This document shows, piece by piece, positions 18,974 to 28,460 of a stretch of 35,527 nt of DNA. Origin of the DNA: a virus. Its lineage: Duplodnaviria; Caudoviricetes. The notes beneath the pieces were generated by a model. It did no database searches and was not told the DNA's origin. It was given only the letters and a program-made list of their open reading frames with translations. The DNA lies in IMG/VR virus record IMGVR_UViG_3300037991_005327, positions 1-35,527 of that record; one strand, 5' to 3'. The position numbers and the translations under genes were made by a program. Position 1 is the first letter of the stretch, and each line of letters begins with the position of its first letter.

Positions 18974-19603
18974 ATGGCACTTAACAAATTTACAGTTCCT
19001 GTAGATGGAGGAAGCGGACCAGCCGCGATGCCGAAATTACAATTTCGTTTTCGTGTACTATTGAATGGATTCGGAGATAATCCAGGAAATACTGTAGCTA
19101 TTACAGAAAATGTGGTCAGCGTAACCAGACCAGGAATTACATATGATGAAACAACACTAGATGTTTACAATTCAAGAATTTACATGCTTGGAAAACACAC
19201 ATGGGATCCTATCACACTCGTTGTGCGTGATGATATAGGTGGCGATGTTGTCCAGGCGGTTAACGCACAATTATCAGCACAGACAGATCATGAGAATCAA
19301 GCAACACCATCTGCCGCATCTAATTACAAATTTAAAACTGTAATTGACATGCTAGATGGTACAAACAGCGGAGGCTCCGGCGGAAGTGTTGTACCTATTG
19401 AATCATTTAAACTAGAAGGCGCAATGCTTACAAACGTTACATTTGGTGACGTAGCATATGCAACTAGTGAACAAGTTCAAATATCAATGACAATACGTTA
19501 TGATAACTGTGAACATTCACTGGATTCAGGCGCAACTAATACACTAGCACCAGGACAAGGTGGTGCTTCAAGTACACCAGGTACACAAAGAGCTACTGGC
19601 TAA
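18974..19603 (+). CDS. gp19: Tail tube protein
   Basis: Follows the sheath gene; PKLQFRFRV, VTRP, GKHTWDPITLVVRDD, YKF, ISMTIRYD. Confidence 0.88.
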   Translation: MALNKFTVPVDGGSGPAAMPKLQFRFRVLLNGFGDNPGNTVAITENVVSVTRPGITYDETTLDVYNSRIYMLGKHTWDPITLVVRDDIGGDVVQAVNAQLSAQTDHENQATPSAASNYKFKTVIDMLDGTNSGGSGGSVVPIESFKLEGAMLTNVTFGDVAYATSEQVQISMTIRYDNCEHSLDSGATNTLAPGQGGASSTPGTQRATG

Positions 19604-19616
19604 GTAAGGTAATGTT

Positions 19617-20495
19617 ATGGGATTCAAAAATTATGCAGTCGATGTTTATGGACCTAATACAGGTAGCATCAAACTCCCAAAGCAAAAGTACCAGTATGCT
19701 GTAGAATTTTTGACTGACCTTGCTGAAAACAAAATGATGGGAAGGCAATTTAACGTATCAACTGTTACATTGCCTTCCGTACAATATCAAACACAGACAA
19801 ATAATGCATACAATAGAAAAGTAATATCAATACTGAACAAACAGTATTCACCTGTTACTATGACTATTAGAGACGACAGAGAAGGTGTTCTCAATCAATT
19901 TTTATCAGAATACGATCAACACTACTTTGGAAAACCAGGTTCTACACGAAGCACTGATATGAGAAACACTAGTTTTCAAGAGAATGAAAATTTAAAAGTT
20001 GTTAACAGAAAAGATCCTATCAATATGATCATGATTCATAACTTTTCTGGTACATCAGACACAGGACAGTTTGCAGAAAAAATTCCAGCAAACACAGGCG
20101 ATCCTGCAATCACAGGATTTGATCCTGGAACATTGGTATTTGCAAATACTGTAGAACCACAGTCTTATGGACAAAACACATACATGTTGTACAGGCCTGT
20201 AATTACTAATGTTAGCAGAGATACATTATCATATGCAGATTCAAGCATCGTAGAATTTAGTATTGGATTTGAATATGAATATTTTGAAGTTGAATTTGTT
20301 CCAGGTGCAGAGAACAAGCAACCAATAGCACATCGTCAGAACTTTAATGCCAATTTATCACCTAGTTATGATCAAGGTGGTACTGCCGTTAATACAACAC
20401 AAACTTTTACTAATGGAGATCCTGGAAGTTATACCGGGGCTGATGTTGGTGCTTCATCTTATTATCAAAGTATTGGCGGCTCGGGCCAAAGATAA
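19617..20495 (+). CDS. Tail tube-fold paralogue / baseplate tube initiator (gp54-like)
   Basis: PKQKYQY, VTLPS, NAYNRK, YSPVTMTIRDD, LSYADS...FEYE parallel the tube protein motifs. Confidence 0.6.
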   Translation: MGFKNYAVDVYGPNTGSIKLPKQKYQYAVEFLTDLAENKMMGRQFNVSTVTLPSVQYQTQTNNAYNRKVISILNKQYSPVTMTIRDDREGVLNQFLSEYDQHYFGKPGSTRSTDMRNTSFQENENLKVVNRKDPINMIMIHNFSGTSDTGQFAEKIPANTGDPAITGFDPGTLVFANTVEPQSYGQNTYMLYRPVITNVSRDTLSYADSSIVEFSIGFEYEYFEVEFVPGAENKQPIAHRQNFNANLSPSYDQGGTAVNTTQTFTNGDPGSYTGADVGASSYYQSIGGSGQR

Positions 20496-20950
20496 TGGCA
20501 CAGTATATCCAAGGCGCATTTAAACCACAGAACCCTACTAAGTATATAGGTAAGCATACTCCACGTTATAGAAGTGGTTGGGAATTGGCTTTTATGCGTA
20601 TGTGTGACAATCACCCTAATATACTTGCCTGGGCCAGTGAAGCACACAGAATACCATACATCAATCCAGTTACTGGCAAGAAAACTTCATATGTGCCGGA
20701 TTTCTTTATGATATATGCAGACAAGAATGGCAAAAAACATGCAGAGATTGTGGAAGTCAAACCAAACAGTCAGGTTATGGGCAATGCTCGTAGCACACAT
20801 GACAAGATGCATGCCGTGGTAAATGAAGCAAAATGGCGAATGGCAAGACAATGGGCAAATCAACAAGGCATGGGATTTCGTGTTATAACAGAAAACGAAA
20901 TGTTTAACAAGCCAAAAAGTAATAAGCCTAAAAGAAGGAAAAAACGTTGA
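20495..20950 (+). CDS. gp4: Head completion nuclease (T4 gp4-like, TnsA-N fold)
   Basis: FKPQNPTKYIG, YRSGWE, WASE, IPY, YVPDF, EVKP, NEAKW, FRVITE. Confidence 0.92.
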   Translation: MAQYIQGAFKPQNPTKYIGKHTPRYRSGWELAFMRMCDNHPNILAWASEAHRIPYINPVTGKKTSYVPDFFMIYADKNGKKHAEIVEVKPNSQVMGNARSTHDKMHAVVNEAKWRMARQWANQQGMGFRVITENEMFNKPKSNKPKRRKKR

Positions 20951-21435
20951 CCAAGAAATTAGAAGAAGAGTTTAACTTGCCTCCTATAGAAAAAGAAGAA
21001 GTTAAAACTGAACTCACAATGGCACCTGACGAAATACAACAGGTTATAGCAACAGCAGACAAAATAGATTCAGCATTACCACAAGTAACAGGACTTAATT
21101 CACTTGATACAGACATGGACAGTTATGCACAAAAGGCCATGGATACATTTGATGATCTAGTAGCATTAGGCAACAATGTGGAAGATAGGCATGCGGCCTT
21201 GATTTTTGATGTGGCAAGTAAAATGATGAACAATGCAATTACAGCCAAAACAGAAAAAATGAACAAAAAACTAAAAATGATAGACCTACAGCTTAAAAAA
21301 GCAAGGTTAGATAGAGATGGCAACGGCGCCAATGGTACTGTGATTCACCATGACAGTGAACAGATCACAAGCGACAGAAACAGTATGATTGAAAGCCTTA
21401 AAACCATAGCAGACAGCTTAAAGAAAGATAAATAA
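20947..21435 (+). CDS. Helical protein, possibly terminase small subunit
   Basis: TTG start overlaps the gp4 stop. Size and the helical 'IFDVASKMMNNAITAK' segment are compatible with a small terminase, but no diagnostic motif is visible. Confidence 0.4.
   Translation: MTKKLEEEFNLPPIEKEEVKTELTMAPDEIQQVIATADKIDSALPQVTGLNSLDTDMDSYAQKAMDTFDDLVALGNNVEDRHAALIFDVASKMMNNAITAKTEKMNKKLKMIDLQLKKARLDRDGNGANGTVIHHDSEQITSDRNSMIESLKTIADSLKKDK
21429..21434 (+). promoter_or_regulatory. Late promoter (GA)TAAATA
   Basis: Overlaps the upstream stop; GGAG RBS precedes ATG 21454. Confidence 0.6.
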
Positions 21436-21453
21436 CTTTAACGGAGCGATAAC

Positions 21454-21990
21454 ATGAATTATTTAAAAGCATATTTGACAGAATCAAAATCCAGTTATAG
21501 TTACAGAATCAAAACCTCTGAAGAAGTTTCGGATGAAATGATGGACGCACTTGAAGAACATCTTAAAAAGTATGAAGTAAAAAGTGTAAATTCACCCAAG
21601 CGAGGAATTTTACAAAGTGCTCCAATTGATTTTCCAGGTGAAAGAGGTGTTAATGTAACAACTATTGATTTTGATAGTGACCAACCAGCAAGTCAATTTG
21701 GCTTGATGACAGAACTAGTAAGAATATGGAACATTGGCGAAAACAAAATTAAAGTAAGAGCACACAATGAACCAGCAATGGCTAGAGAACTTGCAGAAGA
21801 AAAAGCAAAAAAAGATGAAGAATACAAAGTTAAATTAGAATCAGAAGACTATAGTGCAGATGATGTAGAAAAAGTAGATCATGCAGAATACTATGGCGAA
21901 GATTTCAAAACAAAATTCGTAGACGAAATGATGAAACTTAGAAGAGAGCAAATGCCAGAAGGTGTTGGCTACGAAGGAGAAAAGGCATGA
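21454..21990 (+). CDS. Hypothetical late protein, probably head-associated
   Basis: N-terminus MNYLKAYLTE; under a late promoter. Confidence 0.7.
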   Translation: MNYLKAYLTESKSSYSYRIKTSEEVSDEMMDALEEHLKKYEVKSVNSPKRGILQSAPIDFPGERGVNVTTIDFDSDQPASQFGLMTELVRIWNIGENKIKVRAHNEPAMARELAEEKAKKDEEYKVKLESEDYSADDVEKVDHAEYYGEDFKTKFVDEMMKLRREQMPEGVGYEGEKA

Positions 21991-22661
21991 ACTTAGATGA
22001 ATTAAGAAAACTAGCTGGAATGCCACAAACTGAGTGGGCCAACAGTCCAGCAAACACAAAACACCCTGAACCAGAAGAGGTACAGGCCCCAGAAGCAGAT
22101 GTAAACCAAAGTCTTAGACAGTACATGAATGCAGATCCTATGCCAGTAAAGGTTGTAGAAGGTGAAGATAAAGTGTTTGAAGATCATGAAGTAGAAGACA
22201 TGATGGCAAAATTTAAGGAATATCTCAGCGAGGATGAAGCAGTTGAGGAACAAGCTCAAGAGGAAGTTGTTGAGCAGGCAATTGAAGAAAAGAAAGCAAA
22301 ACCTGATTATATAGATATTGATGGCGATGGTGACAAAGAAGAGTCAATGAAAAAAGCCGCCAAAGATAAAGATAAAGAAAAAGCTGATGAATCAGTAGAA
22401 GAAGGCAGAAAACCTTATCCAGGAGAGTATGATTATACTGATGACAAGTATATGCATTCCGATGGTACACCAAAATCAGATGATGACGATGATGACGACG
22501 ACGATGACGACAAGAAAAAGAAAAAGAAAAAAGCCAAAGAGTCAGTTGAAGAAAATCAAGACATTGCAGATCTTAAAAAACTTGCAGGCATTGGTGAAAC
22601 AACTACAGATCAAACAGTATCAGCAGATATTTCAGCATTGAAGAAATTGGCAGGTATCTAA
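21987..22661 (+). CDS. Highly charged prohead core / internal head protein candidate
   Basis: LxKLAG(I/M) three times, ESVEE repeats, DIDGDGD motif, D11-K7 run. Confidence 0.6.
   Translation: MNLDELRKLAGMPQTEWANSPANTKHPEPEEVQAPEADVNQSLRQYMNADPMPVKVVEGEDKVFEDHEVEDMMAKFKEYLSEDEAVEEQAQEEVVEQAIEEKKAKPDYIDIDGDGDKEESMKKAAKDKDKEKADESVEEGRKPYPGEYDYTDDKYMHSDGTPKSDDDDDDDDDDDKKKKKKKAKESVEENQDIADLKKLAGIGETTTDQTVSADISALKKLAGI
22479..22532 (+). repeat. Low-complexity GAY x11 / AAR x7 tract (poly-Asp then poly-Lys)
   Basis: gatgatgacgatgatgacgacgacgatgacgac followed by aagaaaaagaaaaagaaaaaa. Confidence 0.9.
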
Positions 22662-23329
22662 TGGAAATCCAAGACAAAATCAGACAATACCTAGGCGAAG
22701 ATGCAACTGATCAAGAGAAGCATGAAAAACTCAATGATATTTTTCTAGCACTTGAACAACTAAACAGCGAAGTTGACGAATTAGATGTTCTTGATAGAGA
22801 TGATGCATCAACTGGTGTAGGTGATTTAACAGATCAACTTACAACTTTTAAAAAGCTGATTGGTGGTCTGTATTCTGTTTTGGATAGAGCAGGCAAAGTT
22901 GTACCAATGGAAGCACAAGAAGGCGAAGTTGAAGAAGCAGATGAAATTATTCAATCTATACCATCAAAAACTATTAAACTTGCTGGTGATAGTATCTGGG
23001 ACAGAGATGGTGAAAATCCAGAATCAGTACAAGTATCAAATGTTACAATCGAAAATCCATATGAACCAGGTGGTTACATGGATGATGACGAAGATGATGG
23101 TTACAGAAAAGTAAGCGTAGAACATGATGGTCCATGGACGATCTATACAGACAGTGGCTTTGAAAAAGCAATCAGTAAAATGGTAGGATTCACAGTAGTG
23201 TTCACAGAACAAGGCATGCAAGAAGATGGTATGGCTAGCATGGAAGGTGGATCCGAAGGATTTGACGAAGCAAAAAATACACCCGTTAGTGACGATATAA
23301 AACGGCTTAAATCATTAGCCGGAATTTAA
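22661..23329 (+). CDS. Acidic hypothetical protein, probably internal head protein
   Basis: Coupled by TAATG to the upstream gene; ends in DIKRLKSLAGI. Confidence 0.7.
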   Translation: MEIQDKIRQYLGEDATDQEKHEKLNDIFLALEQLNSEVDELDVLDRDDASTGVGDLTDQLTTFKKLIGGLYSVLDRAGKVVPMEAQEGEVEEADEIIQSIPSKTIKLAGDSIWDRDGENPESVQVSNVTIENPYEPGGYMDDDEDDGYRKVSVEHDGPWTIYTDSGFEKAISKMVGFTVVFTEQGMQEDGMASMEGGSEGFDEAKNTPVSDDIKRLKSLAGI

Positions 23330-23340
23330 TTAGAAACTTG

Positions 23341-23367
23341 GGCGGCAATTTATTGTCGCCTTTTTTT
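23341..23367 (+). terminator. Rho-independent terminator
   Basis: GGCGGCAA...TTGTCGCC stem followed by T7. Confidence 0.9.
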
Positions 23368-23376
23368 CTGACTAGG

Positions 23377-23382
23377 TAAATA
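23377..23382 (+). promoter_or_regulatory. Late promoter (GG)TAAATA
   Basis: Directly after the terminator; TAAATA-ctagt-ATG. Confidence 0.75.
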
Positions 23383-23387
23383 CTAGT

Positions 23388-24431
23388 ATGAGAGCAAGTG
23401 AATTATTATTTGAATACGAAAGCCTTGAACAGGCCAAAGCAGAGATAATCAAAACTATCAATGCTTTAGATCCTAACGAACAGAATCAAGAATTACTGGA
23501 TAAAGTATACACAGTTTTAAATTCTGGCAACGTTACAGGTAGATTTTCTAGTGTATTGCCTAAAACACTACAGGGCGAATACAACGAAATACAAACAATG
23601 AAAATTGCTGGCAAGATTGCAGAAGCTCAAATTAGTTTTCAAGACAAAATGAAATTTGCAGACAGCCTAGCACAAGATAATGTAATCAATCACAAACTGT
23701 TACTCACACCTGGTATACACACACTAGATGCATTGTGCAACAATGATCCTATAAACAAAGCAATGTTTGATCATCTAAAAACATTTGGTGTTTCAGACAA
23801 GATGAAAGGTCCTTGTGAACATGGTTTAGCAATACTCAGTGGCAGTATTACTATTCAAGGCAAGGGTGATGTTGATGTAAATGGTGTTCCTGTTGAAATC
23901 AAAGCCGCGGCCAGTGGCAAAGGTATAAGTGGTGGACGATTTGGAGAAACTGGAGAAGTACCTCCTTATGATACAATATTAAATCACATGCACAGTTTTG
24001 AATGGCTCAAAGGACCATTAGACGAACAACGAGCAAAGTCAGTAAATGGTGCAATCAATCTCAGAACATTTGTTAATTTAGTAAACAACATTCCAAATGT
24101 AAATCCTGCGGATAGACAAAGACTTGGCAATGGATTATCACAGATGTTCTTTAATGGTAATGGTGGAGACTTTGAAAGTGCATTTAATAGACCAGGTGCA
24201 GATCCAAATCTAGTAAACAGAGCATGGATTAAAAGTCAATTTAATTGGTACAAGAATAGCGATATGGGTGGACGATGGGAGATATTAGCTGGTATCATGT
24301 TTGGTTATAATACAATAGGTGTAGTAAGGCAACCAGCAGATCTAGATGGTATGACTCTTGCAAGTGACACTATCTATCTATTGTATGGCAAACCAATGGA
24401 AGCTCTATTCCAATTCAATCCTAGAGGCTAA
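23388..24431 (+). CDS. Putative PD-(D/E)xK nuclease-fold protein
   Basis: GPCE...KGDVDVNGVPVEIK (E...D-x8-E-x-K; D to K spans 23868-23903). Confidence 0.55.
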   Translation: MRASELLFEYESLEQAKAEIIKTINALDPNEQNQELLDKVYTVLNSGNVTGRFSSVLPKTLQGEYNEIQTMKIAGKIAEAQISFQDKMKFADSLAQDNVINHKLLLTPGIHTLDALCNNDPINKAMFDHLKTFGVSDKMKGPCEHGLAILSGSITIQGKGDVDVNGVPVEIKAAASGKGISGGRFGETGEVPPYDTILNHMHSFEWLKGPLDEQRAKSVNGAINLRTFVNLVNNIPNVNPADRQRLGNGLSQMFFNGNGGDFESAFNRPGADPNLVNRAWIKSQFNWYKNSDMGGRWEILAGIMFGYNTIGVVRQPADLDGMTLASDTIYLLYGKPMEALFQFNPRG

Positions 24432-24434
24432 CAT

Positions 24435-25994
24435 ATGTCAGTAGATACCGGGCTAATCAAACGCCCTCACAAATCACAAACATTTTCAAAAGATGCAATG
24501 ATGGAATTAGCACAATGCATGGCTGATCCAAAGTATTTTGCTCTTAACCATTGCTATATTCAACACCCTACTAAAGGTCGCATGAAGTTTGACTTGTATG
24601 ATTATCAGGTAGGCTTAATAGATGTGTATCACAATCACAGATACAGTATAGCAATGTTACCTAGACAAACAGGCAAATCCACATGTGCGGCCGCATATTT
24701 GTTATGGTATGCAATGTTTAAACCAGACAGTACAATACTAATTGCGGCTCACAAATATTCAGGTGCTCAGGAAATTATGCAACGTATCAGATACATGTAT
24801 GAAACCTGTCCTGATCATATACGTGCAGGTGTGACTGCTTATAATAAAGGCTCATTGGAGTTTGATAATGGTTCACGTATTATAGCACAAGCAACAACAG
24901 AAAACACAGGACGTGGTTTGTCGCTTACACTGGTATACTTGGACGAGTTTGCATTTGTGCCTCCTAGGGTTGCACAAGAATTCTGGACTTCATTATCACC
25001 AACACTATCAACAGGTGGTAAATGTTTTATTACTTCAACGCCAAACCAAGATGATGATCAGTTTGCTCGTATATGGAAAGATGCTTGTAAAACATTAGAT
25101 GAATACGGAGAAGAACAAGAGCTTGGTAAAAACGGATTCAAAAGTTTTCAAGTGCATTGGAGCGAACATCCTGAACGTGATGATGCATGGGCTATCAGTG
25201 AACGTGCAAAAATAGGTGAAGAACGTTTTAGACGTGAACATGAATGTGAATTTATTGCATGGGATGAAACACTTATTAACAGTTTAAAATTACCTGATCT
25301 AGAAGGTATAGAACCTAAACTAAGACAAGGACAAGTGCGTTGGTACAGTACGCCAAACAAAGGACACACATATATTGTTGGGTTAGACCCTAGTTTAGGA
25401 ACAGGCGGAGACAATGCCGCGATACAGGTGTATTCATTGCCTGGCTTGGAGCAAGTAGCAGAATGGCAACACAACAAAACTCCAATACAAAAACAGATTC
25501 GCATCATGTTTGATATTATAAATTATATCAATGATCAAGGTGTGGGCGAAATCTATTGGTCAGTGGAGAACAACACACTAGGAGAGGCCGCTCTTGTAGC
25601 CATCAATGAATTTGGTGAAGACAAATTTCCGGGCACATTTTTAAGCGAACCTAAAAAGGCAGGTAATGTGCGTAGATTTAGAAAAGGATTTACAACAACA
25701 CATAGAACAAAATTAAGTTCTTGTGCAAAATTTAAGCAATGGATTGAAACAGATCACATGAAAGTACGCAGTAAAAACCTAATACGTGAAATAAAAACAT
25801 TTGTAGCACGTGGTAATTCATATGCGGCCAAAGATGGTGAAACAGATGATTTGGTAATGGCAACCATTCTGTGTACACGTATGATACAGAGTGCAGTAAA
25901 GTTTGATGAAAATGCATTCAACATGTTGAATGACATAGGTCCAAGTGAAGAAAATGAAGATGTAAGAATGCCAATGCCTATAGGAATGATCTAA
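24435..25994 (+). CDS. gp17: Terminase large subunit
   Basis: Walker A PRQTGKST, Walker B VYLDEFAF, ITSTPN coupling motif, nuclease GLDPSLG and DDLVMA. Confidence 0.97.
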   Translation: MSVDTGLIKRPHKSQTFSKDAMMELAQCMADPKYFALNHCYIQHPTKGRMKFDLYDYQVGLIDVYHNHRYSIAMLPRQTGKSTCAAAYLLWYAMFKPDSTILIAAHKYSGAQEIMQRIRYMYETCPDHIRAGVTAYNKGSLEFDNGSRIIAQATTENTGRGLSLTLVYLDEFAFVPPRVAQEFWTSLSPTLSTGGKCFITSTPNQDDDQFARIWKDACKTLDEYGEEQELGKNGFKSFQVHWSEHPERDDAWAISERAKIGEERFRREHECEFIAWDETLINSLKLPDLEGIEPKLRQGQVRWYSTPNKGHTYIVGLDPSLGTGGDNAAIQVYSLPGLEQVAEWQHNKTPIQKQIRIMFDIINYINDQGVGEIYWSVENNTLGEAALVAINEFGEDKFPGTFLSEPKKAGNVRRFRKGFTTTHRTKLSSCAKFKQWIETDHMKVRSKNLIREIKTFVARGNSYAAKDGETDDLVMATILCTRMIQSAVKFDENAFNMLNDIGPSEENEDVRMPMPIGMI

Positions 25995-25998
25995 AAAG

Positions 25999-26006
25999 TA
26001 TAAATA
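25999..26006 (+). promoter_or_regulatory. T4-type late promoter TATAAATA
   Basis: Exact consensus; TAAATA-ctagt-ATG 26012. Confidence 0.8.
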
Positions 26007-26011
26007 CTAGT

Positions 26012-27346
26012 ATGGAAAACGTTATAGCAGATAAAATATTTGACTTTGTAAAAGCATTTGGCGAAGATGTGGTGCTGTTTACTCAAGAGGGTGAAAGCAC
26101 ATTAGACACAGCTCAAGCAAAACGTTTCTATCTTAAAGATAGCAAAATAATGATTCATTATGATACCAATGAATCCAAGTCAGAAATTCGTGTAAGCTAT
26201 GGCGGAGAACGTCCTATACAAGAATTTAGAAAACTGTTTGCAGGCATCAAATCAATAGCACAGAAGAATTTGATTGAGTTTAGCCTACAAAAGTTCAGCA
26301 AACAGATTGAACCCAAGGACTTCGCTTATCAAGGAACAGTAGCTATGCAACAACAAACAATGGAAAGTTATGGAAGACCATATGGGTATTCCAAAACAAG
26401 TTATCAAGATCTTAAAGATAGTAGAATTATTATCAAACATAAAAAGTCAGTAGATGAAGAGGTACGTGGTAGTAGAAGCAGAAACATCCAAGCAATTTAC
26501 CTTGAGAATAGTGCGGGTGAAAGATTTCAATATCCACATAATCATCTAGCTGGTGCTAGAGCAATGCTACGACATGTTAAAGAAGGCGGAACTCCATATG
26601 ATGACTTTGGTCAACACATCATTGAACAAAGCAAAGAACTTGGAGATTTATATAAGTTTGAACGTTGGGTAAACAAAAACGGATTACTAGAAGGCAATGA
26701 TGATGTAGTAGAAGCAGTTAAAGAACAAAAGAATAACATACGTGAACACATGAAAAAACTGCAATCACAGGCATATTACGAAGCATGTTCCTGTGAATAT
26801 CAAAGCAGAAAAGATACTATATCACCTGCAAAAGTTAACAAGATGCGTGAAAGGTTCACAGCAAAGCATTTCGATGAAGGTCTTAATGATGCATTAGGTG
26901 TGGTAACACGTCTAATGAAAGAAGCAAATTACAAAGATGAAGCAAGACAGAATGCTATCGATCTGTATGGATACATACAAAAGAACAGGTCGGCTTTGAG
27001 TTTTAACGGTGTTAGCAAAGACGATCCAGCTAACCCACACGCTCAAGATCCTGCTAAGTGGGAAGGCAGAGAAGGACCCATTGCATTCAATAATGCTATG
27101 GCGGGTTATCTAGCAATGCGTAGTAATGATGATGAAGTATTTAATCGTCTTACTCGACTTGGAGATGATATGGCTCATGGTTATATCAAAGACCCAAAAA
27201 TTATTAAAGGCGTAAAGAATATACTTGACTATCTGTATAAAAATGCTACAATAGGTGAAGCATCTGTAGAAACAGGTCCAAGCATTGAGCATCAGGCAGT
27301 CGAGTCACTTGAAGAGTCATTTGAAAATTTTATACCAAAGTTTTAA
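26012..27346 (+). CDS. Hypothetical late protein (444 aa)
   Basis: Long ORF under a late promoter; SRSRNIQAIYLENSAGERF...LAGARAMLRHV segment. Confidence 0.8.
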   Translation: MENVIADKIFDFVKAFGEDVVLFTQEGESTLDTAQAKRFYLKDSKIMIHYDTNESKSEIRVSYGGERPIQEFRKLFAGIKSIAQKNLIEFSLQKFSKQIEPKDFAYQGTVAMQQQTMESYGRPYGYSKTSYQDLKDSRIIIKHKKSVDEEVRGSRSRNIQAIYLENSAGERFQYPHNHLAGARAMLRHVKEGGTPYDDFGQHIIEQSKELGDLYKFERWVNKNGLLEGNDDVVEAVKEQKNNIREHMKKLQSQAYYEACSCEYQSRKDTISPAKVNKMRERFTAKHFDEGLNDALGVVTRLMKEANYKDEARQNAIDLYGYIQKNRSALSFNGVSKDDPANPHAQDPAKWEGREGPIAFNNAMAGYLAMRSNDDEVFNRLTRLGDDMAHGYIKDPKIIKGVKNILDYLYKNATIGEASVETGPSIEHQAVESLEESFENFIPKF

Positions 27347-27353
27347 TTTTTAC

Positions 27354-27382
27354 TTGACACTTTTGTTGTTTGGCTGTATACT
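27354..27382 (+). promoter_or_regulatory. Sigma70-type promoter for gp32
   Basis: TTGACA-17 nt-TATACT. Confidence 0.88.
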
Positions 27383-27438
27383 GAAAGATATAGTCAAGCA
27401 AATTGGCAATACATTAGGCACATATAGGAGAAAACATT

Positions 27439-28446
27439 ATGGCAACATTGGCAGAAATTCGTGCAAAACTATTAGCACAAGAAAATACAGGAGGTTCCAG
27501 ATCCTCAGGTGGAGATAACGCAATATTTCCTTTCTGGAACTTAGCAGAAAATACTTCCGCAACAGTTAGATTTTTAAACGATGGTGATACTACCAACGAT
27601 TTCTTTTGGCGTGAACGTCAAATGATTCGTTTGGATTTCGCTGGCATTAAAGGTCAGGCTGATAGCAAACGAGTTACAGTGAATGTACCTTGTATGGAAA
27701 TGTGGGAACCAGCTGGTTCTTGCCCGGTACTACAAGAAGTACGTGCATGGTTTAAAGACCCAAGTCTTGAGGATATGGGTAGGAAGTATTGGAAAAAACG
27801 TTCTTATATTTTCCAAGGCTTTGTAGTTAACAGTGATCTGCAAGAGGATTCAACACCAGAGAACCCAATTCGAAGGTTTATTATGGGTCCGCAAATCTTT
27901 AATATTATCAAACAGGCATTAATGGATCCGGACTTTCCGGCTCTACCAACAGATGCCAACGAAGGTACTGACTTTAAAATTCACAAAACTACAAAGGGTC
28001 AATATGCTGACTATAGCACAAGTAATTGGTCAAGACGTGAACGTAGTTTAGATCAAAACGAACTAGATGCCATTGAGGCACATGGTTTGCATAATCTAAA
28101 TGATTTCATGCCAGCTCGACCAACTGCTGAGCAAATTGATGGTATCAAACGTATGTTTGAAGCATCAGTTGATGGTCAACTTTATGATCCAGAAGAGTTT
28201 GGACAGTTTTATCGTCCTATGGGAATGCCAGCACCTGCAGGTGCTCCAAAGGCAACTCCTGCTCCTCAACCAGCACCAACACCAGTAGCAGAAACTACAC
28301 CAGCACCGGCTCCTGCACCAGCAGAACCAGTAGCTGAAACACCTGCTCCTGCTCCAACTCCTGAACCAGCAACTGCTGATGCATCAGGTGATAAACCGAG
28401 TGCTCAGGATATCCTAGCAAAAATTAGAGCTCGAAAAAGCGACTAA
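27439..28446 (+). CDS. gp32: Single-stranded DNA-binding protein (gp32-like)
   Basis: ATVRFL, CPV, YWKKRSY, GTDFKIHKT..GQYADYSTSNW; AGGAG RBS; lies upstream of uvsX. Confidence 0.9.
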   Translation: MATLAEIRAKLLAQENTGGSRSSGGDNAIFPFWNLAENTSATVRFLNDGDTTNDFFWRERQMIRLDFAGIKGQADSKRVTVNVPCMEMWEPAGSCPVLQEVRAWFKDPSLEDMGRKYWKKRSYIFQGFVVNSDLQEDSTPENPIRRFIMGPQIFNIIKQALMDPDFPALPTDANEGTDFKIHKTTKGQYADYSTSNWSRRERSLDQNELDAIEAHGLHNLNDFMPARPTAEQIDGIKRMFEASVDGQLYDPEEFGQFYRPMGMPAPAGAPKATPAPQPAPTPVAETTPAPAPAPAEPVAETPAPAPTPEPATADASGDKPSAQDILAKIRARKSD

Positions 28447-28460
28447 TAGAGATAAACAAT

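Noticed and set aside
24435-25994. Possible intein or intron in terminase (also checked uvsX and uvsW)
   Set aside because: Lengths are normal, motifs are contiguous and no splicing signatures are visible.
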